From NCBI GenBank assembly GCA_963850305.1, contig CAWKKR010000008.1, forward strand, positions 32,001-96,000: a stretch of DNA of 64,000 nucleotides, in the 5' to 3' direction. Positions 29,064-40,423 of the stretch are shown here, in pieces; within the stretch, counting starts at the first letter, position 1, and every line of letters starts with the position of its first letter. The DNA is from an uncultured delta proteobacterium. Lineage in GTDB: Bacteria; Myxococcota_A; Polyangia; Polyangiales; Polyangiaceae. The position numbers were made by a program, and so were the translations under genes. The notes below the pieces were generated by a model. That model was not told the DNA's origin, ran no database searches, and saw only the letters and a program-made list of their open reading frames with translations.

Positions 29064-30083
29064 TCAAGTTCGCCGCAACCCTTCTCCCCGCTGCGCCACC
29101 GGCGCCTCTTCTTCCCTTTCTTCTTCTTCCTCGTTGCCCCCCGTCTCCGTCTCCGGCGGCCCGAAATCCGGCGCTCTCACGTCCGTGTACGCACCCAGCA
29201 CCGCGGCCACTTCCCGCAACCCGGGTCGTCCGGCAACGTCGCGAATCAACATCCGATCCACGACGCTCGCGACGTCATCCGGCACCCACGGCGCGACGAC
29301 GCCGAGCGGCGTGATCGCGCCGCCGAGGAGCGCGTCGATCACTGCCTCGACGGTGTCACCCTCGATGGGCAGCACTCCGGAGAGGCATTCGTAGAGGATG
29401 GTGCCGAGCGCCCAGACGTCGGCAGGGGGATCGACAGGTTGCCCGGACATGGCTTGCTCGGGCGCCATGTAGCGCGGGGTTCCGACGCGCACGCCGGGCC
29501 TGGTGAGCGTGGTCGAGACGAGCCAGTTTCGCCCCCGGAGCTTCGCGACGCCGAAGTCGAGCACCTTCGGCGACTCCCCGCGGTCGCCGTGCACGATGAA
29601 GATGTTCTCCGGTTTCAGATCCCGATGCACGACGCCGCGCGCGTGCGCCGTGCCCACCGCGGAGACGACGGGCACGAGCAGCGCCGCGGCGTCGGGCGCC
29701 GCAAGACGGCCGGCGCGCTCGAGTCGAGCGGCCAAGGTTTCTCCCGAGAGCAGCGGCATGATGATGATCGGCACGATCCGCTCGAGATCGCCGGGAGCCG
29801 GGGCGCTCATCTCGATGAGCTCCGACGCGCGGAGGGCGTTCGGGTGATCGACGGCATTCGCCGCGCGCACTTCGCGCAGCACGCGGCGGCGGGCGCGCGC
29901 ATCACCGTGGAGGGCATGCCTCGAGATCTTCACGGCGACGAGCTCGTCACCGTCCAGCCGTGTCGCGGCCCACACGACGCTCATGCCGCCCTCGCCGACG
30001 ACGCGCTCGAGGCGGAAGCGCCCGTCGATGACGTCGCCCGGACGGCCTTCGCCTCGCTCCCCTGCTCGCTCGAGGTCGTTCAT
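29064..30083 (-). CDS. Hanks-type Ser/Thr kinase (cytoplasmic, acidic tail)
   Basis: GEGGMSVV, VAVK, HRDLKPEN, DFG, GTPRYMAPE, DVWALG. Confidence 0.93.
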   Translation of the reverse strand: MNDLERAGERGEGRPGDVIDGRFRLERVVGEGGMSVVWAATRLDGDELVAVKISRHALHGDARARRRVLREVRAANAVDHPNALRASELIEMSAPAPGDLERIVPIIIMPLLSGETLAARLERAGRLAAPDAAALLVPVVSAVGTAHARGVVHRDLKPENIFIVHGDRGESPKVLDFGVAKLRGRNWLVSTTLTRPGVRVGTPRYMAPEQAMSGQPVDPPADVWALGTILYECLSGVLPIEGDTVEAVIDALLGGAITPLGVVAPWVPDDVASVVDRMLIRDVAGRPGLREVAAVLGAYTDVRAPDFGPPETETGGNEEEEEREEEAPVAQRGEGLRRT

Positions 30084-30176
30084 TCGTACCTGAGCGAGCT
30101 GTAGCCGGGGGGCGCAGCGGATTGAAGTGCCCGGGAACCTGGCGGACCGCTGCCGACGGGTCGACTTCGGCGCGAT

Positions 30177-31694
<1,518 letters not shown>

Positions 31695-31793
31695 CTAGAC
31701 TGCCGCGCATCTTCGCGAAGCGGGCTCCGCGACGCAACCTCCGAGCGCGACTACCGCGAGACCCGTCGCGAGCATGCGAGGAGCGGCGTGCAT
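31695..31793 (-). other. 32-aa lipoprotein-signal micro-ORF or truncated lipoprotein gene
   Basis: GAGGGAG RBS, then MHAAPRMLATGLAVVALGGC-VAEPASRRCAAV*; the stop abuts the kinase ATG. Confidence 0.4.
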
Positions 31794-32360
31794 GGTCGTC
31801 TCCCTCAGAACGTGCCGGCGCGGGCGAGGAGCCCGGGCGCCGCGTCCCTGCTGTTGGCCGCTCCCCGAACCCGTGCAAAACCTGCAAATTCGGCCCGAAG
31901 GCGCTCGGTCGAGTTTCGGCACCATACGGGCTCTGGCGGTGTGACCAGCGCATCGGGCAACGGCGGCGGGGACACATCGAGTGTCGGAGGTGCGTCGGCC
32001 ACTGGCGGCTCTGCGAGTGGCTGTGCGAGCGACGTCGAGTGCCGGGTCGCCGGGGTCTGCAACGTCTGCCCCGGAGGAGGCAGCTCGTGCGCAACCGGCC
32101 GGTGCGTGAACGGCCAGTGCGAGACGACCTTCCCACCGTGTGCCGGGACGGGGGGTACGTCCGGCGCGGGGGGTACGAGCGCGAGCGGTGGCGCGTCGGC
32201 GGGAAATGGCGGAACCGCTGGCACCGGCGGAAGCCCTCCGTGCACGAGCGACACCGAGTGCGCTGCGGGGCTCAAGTGTTGCTACCCGTGCGGCATTCCG
32301 GGTTGCCAGAACACGTGCATGAAACCGCTGACGCCGGGGCGGTGCCCGCTCTACCCCTGA
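31788..32360 (+). CDS. Gly/Cys-rich secreted-type protein; start uncertain, contains the dispersed element in frame
   Basis: CASDVEC..CVNGQC, Gly/Thr linker, CTSDTECAAGLKCCYPCGIPGC. Confidence 0.55.
   Translation: MHGRLPQNVPARARSPGAASLLLAAPRTRAKPANSARRRSVEFRHHTGSGGVTSASGNGGGDTSSVGGASATGGSASGCASDVECRVAGVCNVCPGGGSSCATGRCVNGQCETTFPPCAGTGGTSGAGGTSASGGASAGNGGTAGTGGSPPCTSDTECAAGLKCCYPCGIPGCQNTCMKPLTPGRCPLYP
31860..31928 (-). repeat. Dispersed ~69-bp element, copy 2
   Basis: Reverse complement of 4652-4720 with a few substitutions. Confidence 0.8.
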
Positions 32361-32459
32361 CAGAGCGCAACGCGACGAGCCTGCCCAGTGTCGCGGCGTC
32401 CCGGTTCACGGGTCGCGGTCGTCTCGGCCCGGACCAGGGCGGTTCGCCGAGCGGTGCGG

Positions 32460-32805
32460 TTCCCTAGCGCTTTTCGACGTCCGCTCGAGGCACAGCTCGC
32501 GGACGTTCTCGAACAAGGCGCGTTCGTTCCGCTGAAGTCGATCGCGTCGCTCGTGCAGGGCGGCACTGGAGCGGAAGCAAAGGCGGCTGCGGCTCGGCTC
32601 ATCGAGCAGGGAGCTGCGCTCAGGGTCCTCCGCGAAAAGGCCGAGGTGCTCGTTCCGCGGACAGCGCACGTGCTGTCCAAGGACGAGCTCGCCGCGGCGA
32701 GGCGGACGTTCGAGTCTCTCGGCAAAGTGCTCACCAAAGTCCTGAAGCAGCGTCACACGTCGATCTTGCGCGCGGATTTGGTCGAGCAGATTCTGGGGGT
32801 GCTGC
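32460..32805 (+). pseudogene. Fragment of a hypothetical gene joined out of frame to the FtsK remnant
   Basis: Protein-like stretch AFRRPLEAQLADVLEQGAFVPLK..LRADLVEQIL with no clear start or stop of its own. Confidence 0.4.
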
Positions 32806-32806
32806 C

Positions 32807-33460
32807 GCGGGCCAAACCGGCAGCGGAAAATCCGTGCTCATTCAATCGATCGTCGCGAGCCTTCTCCAGTTTCATGGCCCCGGCGCGATTCGTTTCACGC
32901 TCATCGATCCGAAACGAGTCACCTTCATCGGCGCGGGCTTCCGGACCGCGGTCGCGGCGCACCTCGACGGCCCCATCCGGTTCGACGTCGAAGAAGCCGT
33001 GCCCGTCATCGAACGCCTCGTGGATCTCATGGAGGAGCGTTACCGTCGCTTTCAGGATGCCCAGGTGATGGACGTCGCGGAATACAACGAACAGGTGAGT
33101 GTGCACGAGCGGCTCGAACGTCGCGTGCTCGTCGTCGACGAGTTTCAGGATCTCATCGCCGAGAAAACGTCCGCGCAATCGTTCTTCGCGGGCGTCAAGC
33201 GCCTCGGCGCAAAGGCGCGAGCCGCGGGCATCCACATGATCCTCGCCACCCAGCGGCCCGACCGCGACACCGTCCCCCCAATAGTCAAAGCAAACCTCGG
33301 CGGCCGCATCGCGCTTCAAGTCGGTTCTCAAACGAACTCGCGGATCATTCTGGATCAGGGCGGCGCCGAGACCCTCCTCGGCAAGGGCGATCTCTACGCG
33401 AGCCTCGGCAGAGGCGTCGCTCGCGCCCAGGCGCCGCTGCTCGGCGTCGGAGCGAGCTGA
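32807..33460 (+). pseudogene. FtsK/SpoIIIE ATPase C-terminal part, beginning at Walker A
   Basis: AGQTGSGKS (32807-32833), LIDPK, MEERY, LVVDEF, ARAAGIHMILATQRP, GAETLLGKGD; N-terminal domains absent. Confidence 0.8.
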
Positions 33461-33577
33461 GCCGACGCATCGACGACGCGGCGTTCGATGACCTCATTCT
33501 GGCGACGGCGTGAATCCGGGCTTCTGTAATTGCGTTGGCAGCAATTTCTCCGCTGAATCCATTACCGGACAGCCCCT

Positions 33578-34972
33578 TCAGAGCGCAATCCGCGCCTCGA
33601 GAAAGCCGAAGTCGGGATAGAGCCCGAACTCGCTGCGGGGCGCGAGCACCGGGGAGCTCTCCGGCAGGCGCCCCGCAGGGACGTAGACGCCCGCGACCAG
33701 CCGCGTGTTCGCCGCGGCGTCGTACGAGACGGAAACGGACACGAGCCCGCTCGGGTCGAGCGCGTTCGAGAGCACGAGCCCCGTCACGTGGACGAGCGGG
33801 TCCGCCTCCCAGTCGAGAGCCGCCGCGGCGTAGAGCCTGCCGAGCGTGATCTGCTCGCCGACCGCCACGCGCTCGCTCGCGAGAACCGAAAGGTATCCGT
33901 CCGACCCCCGGGCGCCGAAACCGTCGTAATAGATCTCGGGGATGAAGGTGAGATGGCTCGCGGGACGGGCGCTCAGACCGACGAGGGCGCGGGGGACCGC
34001 GGCCTTCCGCCCCACGACGGCGGGCGACCCGAGCGAATCGCTCCGGAGCCATGTGGCCGTCACCTCTCCGTAGAGGTCGAGCGACGGGAACGACCAGAGC
34101 GCACCCCATCCCGCGACGACGTCGTTGCGCACCAGACCGACGATGCCTGAGAACTCGCCCCGATCGAAGGTCTGGGCCGCCGTGAGCACGAACGACGACC
34201 CGCGCGACTCGCTCGAGAAGTCGTGGTGCGGACGCCGCTCCCCGATCGCCGCGACGAGATCGACGGTCGTCCCGGTCGCTGGGCTGATGGACACGCGGGC
34301 GGCGTCGACGCCCGGCTTGTACTCGGTGTCGACCTGGGTGAGCGCGAAGGTGCTCACGAGGTCCCACGGCCGGAAGAGACGGCCGCGCCCGAGCGTGACG
34401 GGCTGACGCCCGATTGTCACCGTGACGGGTCCCTGGGCCCACGCCGCATACGCCCAGTCCGCCTCCGTGGCGAGCGAGAGCGTCGGCTCGCTGGCGAAGT
34501 CCGCGCGGAGCGGCAAGAAGCGCGGCGGCGTCGCCCCACGCCCGAGCGAGAGGGGGCCGAGGAGGGCGTCCGAGCGGACCGTGCTCGTCGTGCTCTCGTG
34601 CCAGACGAGCCGGAGATGCGTGCCGCGGTACGAGAAGTACGTCCGGAGATCCTCCACGTTCAGCGCCGAAGGATCGGCGTCCTCCGGCGAGTACGGCGGG
34701 GCGAGCGTCGGGCCCGCGAGCACGAAGCCGAAGCTCTTCGCGACAAGGCCGACCTCGGTGCCCGTGTCCGCGAGTTCGTCCTGGGAGAGCACGACGGCGC
34801 CCGCGGGAAGGGTCCGGAGCGACAGAGCGACGAGCGCGGCGATGGCGACGGGCACCGCGGGCAGGTGCCAGCGCCGTCCCGAGAGCCGCTGGGCGCGGGA
34901 CGGCGCGATGCGCCGCACCTCCCGCTCACGGAGCACGGCTTCCCCGTCGCTCGTCGCTCGCGATGCGCCCAT
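33578..34972 (-). CDS. Putative outer-membrane beta-barrel protein of the ABC operon (start uncertain)
   Basis: Signal-like segment; IGRQPVTLG, DTEYKPGVDAAR and SEFGLYP motifs. Confidence 0.7.
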   Translation of the reverse strand: MGASRATSDGEAVLREREVRRIAPSRAQRLSGRRWHLPAVPVAIAALVALSLRTLPAGAVVLSQDELADTGTEVGLVAKSFGFVLAGPTLAPPYSPEDADPSALNVEDLRTYFSYRGTHLRLVWHESTTSTVRSDALLGPLSLGRGATPPRFLPLRADFASEPTLSLATEADWAYAAWAQGPVTVTIGRQPVTLGRGRLFRPWDLVSTFALTQVDTEYKPGVDAARVSISPATGTTVDLVAAIGERRPHHDFSSESRGSSFVLTAAQTFDRGEFSGIVGLVRNDVVAGWGALWSFPSLDLYGEVTATWLRSDSLGSPAVVGRKAAVPRALVGLSARPASHLTFIPEIYYDGFGARGSDGYLSVLASERVAVGEQITLGRLYAAAALDWEADPLVHVTGLVLSNALDPSGLVSVSVSYDAAANTRLVAGVYVPAGRLPESSPVLAPRSEFGLYPDFGFLEARIAL

Positions 34973-35630
34973 CCTCGAGCATCACGACGCGGTCGGCGCG
35001 CTCGATCACGCGACCGTCGTGGGACGAGATCAGGAACGTCACGGAGCGCTCCGTGTTCAGGCGCTTCATCAGGTTGATCAGCTCGAGCGCGGCGTGGGAG
35101 TCCAGGTTCGCCGTCGGCTCGTCGGCCAGCACCAGATCGGGCGTCGCCGCGATCGCGCGGGCGACGGCCACGCGCTGCTGCTGGCCGCCTGAGAGCTGCG
35201 CCGGTCGCCGGTCCTCGAGGCCCGTGAGCCCCACGGACGCGAGGACCTCGTCGACCCGTGCCCTTCGGTCGTCTGCCGGCACTCCCTGGAGGAGCAGCAC
35301 ATACTCCGCGTTCTCGCGCGCCGTGAGGACGGGGATCAGGTTGTACGCCTGGAACACGAAGCCGATGTGGCGGAGCCGGAGCTCGGAGCGCTCGTGCTCG
35401 CCGAGCACCGAGACGTCCCGGCCGCCGACGAGCACGCGCCCGCGCGTTGGGCGGTCGAGCGCGCCGATGACGTTGAGGAGCGTCGTCTTTCCCGAGCCGG
35501 ACGGCCCCGCGAGCACGGCGAAGTCGGCCCGCTCGACGCCGAGCGTGACGTCCTGGAGCGCGTGCACGTCGATGCTGCCCTGGCGGTAGGTCTTGTCGAC
35601 GCCTTCGACCTTCACGATGAGCTCAGACAT
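34926..35630 (-). CDS. ABC ATP-binding protein (LolD/MacB-like)
   Basis: GPSGSGKT, GFVFQAYNL, LSGGQQQRVA, LADEPTANLD. Confidence 0.95.
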   Translation of the reverse strand: MSELIVKVEGVDKTYRQGSIDVHALQDVTLGVERADFAVLAGPSGSGKTTLLNVIGALDRPTRGRVLVGGRDVSVLGEHERSELRLRHIGFVFQAYNLIPVLTARENAEYVLLLQGVPADDRRARVDEVLASVGLTGLEDRRPAQLSGGQQQRVAVARAIAATPDLVLADEPTANLDSHAALELINLMKRLNTERSVTFLISSHDGRVIERADRVVMLEDGRIASDERRGSRAP

Positions 35631-36880
35631 GGTGCATGGCCTCCACGGGCTCGAGACGGGTGACGCGCAGCGCGGGGTAGAGCGCAGAACAGAGCACGAC
35701 CACGCCCACGACGACGGCCCACGCGGCGACCGTCCCCGGCGTCAGCACCGAGTACACGCGCCCCGTCCAGACCACCCCCGCGAACGACAGATCGGACGTC
35801 CACTGCGTGAGATCGATCCCACGGGCGGCGATGAGCGCCGACAGCGACAGACCGACCGCGAGCCCGGCGGTGACGGAGACCAGCGCCAGGATCACGGCCT
35901 CGGCGAGGATCTGGAAAGCGAGCCGCCTGGCCGACGTGCCGATGGCCATCATCACGCCGAACTCGCGCGTCCGCTCGGTGACGCTCATCAGCACGGTGTT
36001 GAAGATGCCGAGCGCGACGACCAAAAACACGATGGCCATCATCAGGTACATCCCGGCGTCGTCCAGGACGATGGCTTCGTGCAGCTCGTGCAGCGCCACC
36101 TGCCACGGGACGACCGCGAGCACTGGACGATCCGCGAGCGCGGCGCGCACCTCGGCGGCGACGGCCTCCGTGTGCGGGAGGTCCGCGAGCACCGCCACCT
36201 CCGTGGCCGCTCCGGCGAGGCCGGTGAGCTGCTGCGCCGCGGCGATCGGGATCTCGGCGTACCCAGAGTCGACCTCATCGACGCCGGTTCGCAGGATCCC
36301 GCGAACGAGGAACGCGCCGGACGCGGGCTCGGCGTCGCCGGGCGGCGACAGCGTGAGGACGACGCGATCTCCCAGGCCCACATGCAGGAGCTCGGCAAGC
36401 GTCTTGCCCAGATAGACGTCGGGAGGCACCCCCGGAAACGGCATCTGGCTCGCAGAGCGGAGATACTCGCCGGCGACCCGCATTTTGGCCCCGGCGAGGT
36501 CCGATGCAAGGACCTCGCGCACGGGCTCGACGCCGGACACGGCGACCGGAGCGCTGTGCTCGCCCGCAGAGAGGAGCCCGCTCGTGCGGAGGCGCACCGC
36601 GACGTGGTGCACGAACGGCAGACGCTGCGATCCGCCGCGCGACTGCGTCGGCGTCGGGCACGATATCATCCAGCGTCTGCGCATCGCGGTAGCCTCTGGC
36701 CTCGACGAGGACGTGCCCGTAGCCCATCCGGATGCCGAGCTCGGCCATCCGGGCGTGCAGATCGTCGGCGATGCCGACGAATACCAGGAGCATCGCGAGC
36801 CCGATGGCCACCGCCGCCGACGTGATCGCCGAGCGGAAGCCGTGCCGCGCGAAGGAACGGAGCGCCATCTTCCAGGTCAT
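35623..36880 (-). CDS. FtsX/LolE-like ABC permease (frameshift at ~36625)
   Basis: MALRSFARHGFRSAIT; IFNTVLMSVTERTREFGVMMAIG; LYPALRVTRLEPVEAM. Confidence 0.88.
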
Positions 36881-36890
36881 CGGGACTTTC

Positions 36891-38394
36891 TCACGTCTCG
36901 CGCATCCCGATGGCCGGCGGCAAGCGCGCGGCTCGGGCCGCGGGATAAATCGCAGCCACCACGCAGACCACGGCGAGGACAACGACCGGCTCGAGGACGC
37001 CGGAGACGGTGATGGCTCCCCGCACGACGGGGTCCATGCCGACGCCGGCGAACGAGATGCCCGAGGTGAGGAGCCGGAGATCGATCCCGTGCTCCACCAG
37101 GAACAGATCGAGACCGATCCCGACGACCACGCCGACGATCGCACCTCCGATCGACAGGAGCACGGCCTCAGCCACGACCATGGCGAAGATCCGCCCCGCG
37201 GACATGCCGATCGCCTTGAGCACGCCGAGCTCGCGGGTCCGCTCGAGCACCGCCATGAGCATGGTGTTCACGACGCCGAGCGACGCCACGACGAACACGA
37301 TGACCGCGAGCAGGCTGCTGCCGGCGCGGTTCAGGTCGAGCATCCGGACCATGTCGGGGCGGAGTTCGCTCCAGGCGCGCACATCGAGCCGACCCGACAG
37401 CTCGTGGTCGAGCCGGTGCGCGGCCTCCGGCGCATCGTCGGGCGAGCGCGTGAGCGCCGCGATCTCGTGGATGCCCGAGTCGAGGTGGACGAGCCGCTCG
37501 GAGATCGACGTAGTGGAGGTACACGCGACTCCGGTCGTACGTCGTCGTGCCCGTCTCGAAGATGCCGCGCACGGTCGCGCGAACTCCCTCGGCCGCGCCG
37601 TCCGCGGACTCGGTCGAGAGGTAGAGGGCGTCGCCCACGCGCAAGCCGAGCACGCGCGCGAGGCTCCGGCCGAGGACGACGTCGGGCGGCCTCGACGGCC
37701 GCGGCGAGACGGCGAGCGCGAGATCGCGCGCCGCGCGGGCGTCCGCGACCGGCAGCGACTCGGCGGGCGCAGTCCCTCGGGATCGCGCCGCCCCGTCCGG
37801 TGCGGCGCGATTTGGCGTAGCCGCGCTCGCCGCCGCGGCGGCGGTCGAGGGGCGCGTCTCGAGGGCGTCGATCTCGTCCTCCGCGGCCTCGGTCTCGTCG
37901 CGCGTGAGCCGCGCGTCGAGCGCCTGCTCCAGATCCGAAAGCGGCCGCGGGCGGGGCCACGGCGTCGGCGCGAACGCGAGGAACCGTCCTTCGACCAGGC
38001 GACGGTCGAGCTCGGTGACGCGGGCCTCCGCCGCGGGGTCCACGCCGACCAGGATCACACCGCTCGAGTGTGCCCCCGCGGCGGCCAGGGCCGCCGCGTA
38101 CACGCGGGGCGCCGCCGCGGTGACGAGCGGATCGGCGCGGACGCGGGCGAGGACCCGTTCAGCGTCCGGGATGGTCCCGGTGAGATCGTGTCGCTGCACC
38201 CACCCCTGCGCGTGCACCTGCAGGTACCCGAGATCGTATCGCGTGAGGGAGTGCACGAGCTGCACGTTCATCCCGTCCGAGAGACCGTAGTAAGCGATGG
38301 AGAGGGCCGCACCGAGTGCGAGCGCGAGACCGGTCACGATCGTGCGACGAACGTTCCGCCCGAGGTTTCGCATGGCGAGCTTGGGGATGAGCAC
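36891..38394 (-). CDS. FtsX/LolC-like ABC permease with a periplasmic insertion (frameshift at ~37500)
   Basis: LAMRNLGRNVRRT; VVNTMLMAVLERTRELGVLKAIG; YPAARAARL. Confidence 0.88.
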
Positions 38395-38402
38395 CGCTGG
38401 CC

Positions 38403-39218
38403 TCAGTGGAGCGCTTGCTCGGTGAACTTGGACGCCGGGATGTCCACGTCGAAGCGAAGCTTGTCATACGTGAGGCGCGTGTACTCGCCGGGCTTGCTCG
38501 CGACCGTGACCTCCATCTCCGTCGGAACCAGCCGCCCACCGAGCTCCCTCACCGCCGAGAAGGTCATCACGCGGGCGGGCGCCGAGTCTCCGGCGCGCGT
38601 GTAGTACTCGGAGCGCACGGGCACGACCGCGTCGGCCCGCACCCAGAGCTCGAACTCGATGCGCCCCCAGACCACTGGCGCCGTGGGCCTGGGCAGCAGG
38701 CGCACGCGATCGAACACGGCCCGATCGCCGAGCTCCGTCGTCCCCTGGTGGCTCGCCTCGAGCGTCGGGGTGTAGTCGACCGCGAGCTCCGTCTCTTTCA
38801 CCAGGTCGTCGTTCGAGAAGTGGCTCCCCATCCAGCTGTCGCCGAGCATCGAGCTGCCGACGGTCTGAACGTGGTTGGTCTTCGGGTCGTAAAACTCGAG
38901 CTCGCCGCCGACCCGCAGCGTAGCGTAGCCGCGGAACGACGTCGGCCCGAGGATCTTCACGAGCGTCCTGTCGACCTTGCCCGACGAGTCGTCCCAGATG
39001 ACCATCTCGTAACTGCGCTCGAAGGTCCTGGTCTTCACGTCCATGTGGACGACGGCAGCGCTCGTGTTGCCGCGAAGCACGCGGTCCGCGCGCCGGACCA
39101 GCTCGTCGATCGACTCGGCGCGAGCGGGCATCGAGAGCGAGAGCACCGCGAGGCATACCGGTAGGAGGCGCGACGGAAGGGATGGGGAGAAATGCTCCGA
39201 ATGCTCGAGTGCTTTCAT
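38403..39218 (-). CDS. Outer-membrane lipoprotein-sorting (LolA-like) protein
   Basis: Signal peptide; SWMGSHFSNDDLV; GGRLVPTEM; IPASKFT. Confidence 0.85.
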   Translation of the reverse strand: MKALEHSEHFSPSLPSRLLPVCLAVLSLSMPARAESIDELVRRADRVLRGNTSAAVVHMDVKTRTFERSYEMVIWDDSSGKVDRTLVKILGPTSFRGYATLRVGGELEFYDPKTNHVQTVGSSMLGDSWMGSHFSNDDLVKETELAVDYTPTLEASHQGTTELGDRAVFDRVRLLPRPTAPVVWGRIEFELWVRADAVVPVRSEYYTRAGDSAPARVMTFSAVRELGGRLVPTEMEVTVASKPGEYTRLTYDKLRFDVDIPASKFTEQALH

Positions 39219-39447
39219 CGTTCCGTTTTTTCCTTCCGGCGTCGGGTTCGGGGGAGGACGGGCGGGTCCGGCGATGCTGCTCCCCAAACGGCAGCGAGCG
39301 TCCTCAATCTATACTGAAAATCCCCGGCTCTGACGGCCGGGGCCGTCGTCGGACGGCGGGGAGCGGCGGGTCGACGAACGGGGACGGGGTTGGCGGGGGT
39401 TTCGCCATTTTCCCCCACCCCCGAAGCTTCGGATAAACTCCGAAGAC

Positions 39448-39888
39448 ATGAAGTGGGTGGTCCTGACTGGGGCATTTGGAGGGGCGCTACTGTTTGCGTC
39501 CTGGTCGTTCGCGCAATCGGGCTTCACGGCGAGCCGCGCGAGCACCCAGGCATTGCCGGAAGCAAGCCCGGAAGACCTCGACTTCGACCAAACCGTTGCG
39601 CGCGAAGAGAAGCTCATCGCATTCACGCGCCGGCTCGCCGCCGAGCAAGAAGCGAGAGAATCGCAGGAGTTCGAGTCGAGCGTGGCGCGGTACGTGAAGC
39701 TCGCGGATTTCATGCGCCGCTTGGAGAAGGAACGCGAAGAGCAAGCCGCCGCGGATTTCGAGACGAAGCTCGCGTTGTCGGCGCGCGTGCAGCACTTCAT
39801 GCAGAAACTCGTCGATCGGGATTTGCACCAAACGCTCGCGCCGGAACCCATGGAGTGGATCCGGACGCGACCCGCGCCGTCACGCTGA
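39448..39888 (+). CDS. Secreted hypothetical coiled-coil protein
   Basis: Hydrophobic N-terminus ending SFA; E/R/A-rich helices. Confidence 0.6.
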   Translation: MKWVVLTGAFGGALLFASWSFAQSGFTASRASTQALPEASPEDLDFDQTVAREEKLIAFTRRLAAEQEARESQEFESSVARYVKLADFMRRLEKEREEQAAADFETKLALSARVQHFMQKLVDRDLHQTLAPEPMEWIRTRPAPSR

Positions 39889-39999
39889 GACGCGACAGCC
39901 ACGCTGTTCCGCTTGGCCGGACAGCTCGAGCAAGCACGGCCCTGGGCCGACAGAAAGCCGCCGAACGCGTGAGCGGTCACGGTACCGCGTGAAGCGCTC

Positions 40000-40167
40000 C
40001 TCGACGCTCGAGACGTGCTCCTCGACGCCGACGGACGCGTCCTCGACGCTCGAGACGTGCCCCTCGACGCTCGAGACGTGCCTCTCGACGCTCGAGACGT
40101 GCCTCTCGACGCTCGAGACGTGCTCCTCGACGCCGACGGACGCGTCCTCGACGTTCGAGACGTGCTG
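40000..40167. repeat. 21-nt tandem array, 8 units in the order A-B-A-A-A-A-B-A
   Basis: A = CTCGACGCTCGAGACGTGCnn; B = CTCGACGCCGACGGACGCGTC. Confidence 0.95.
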
Positions 40168-40423
40168 CCGTGAATGGGACGCGGAGCGGCAGCGCGTCCT
40201 CACGGCGATCCAGGACTACACGACGAGCCCGCCCGAGATACGCGTAACCGAAGCGAAAGGGTCCTGTCTGAGGTCGGAAGGGCGTGGGATCGGTTGTCGC
40301 TCAGTGCTCCTCGAACAGCCCCATCTGCCCGGACCGCGCGGCGTGGGGGCTCGGTGGGTTCGCCGAGGTGCCGGAGGAGGGGGCGATAGTGCGATGGGCC
40401 TCGACGCGCGAGGGTGGGGCCCT

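Noticed and set aside
40000..40167. CRISPR array or a real gene (ORF 39989-41125)
   Set aside because: No spacers; the ORF is the repeat plus antisense serpin sequence.
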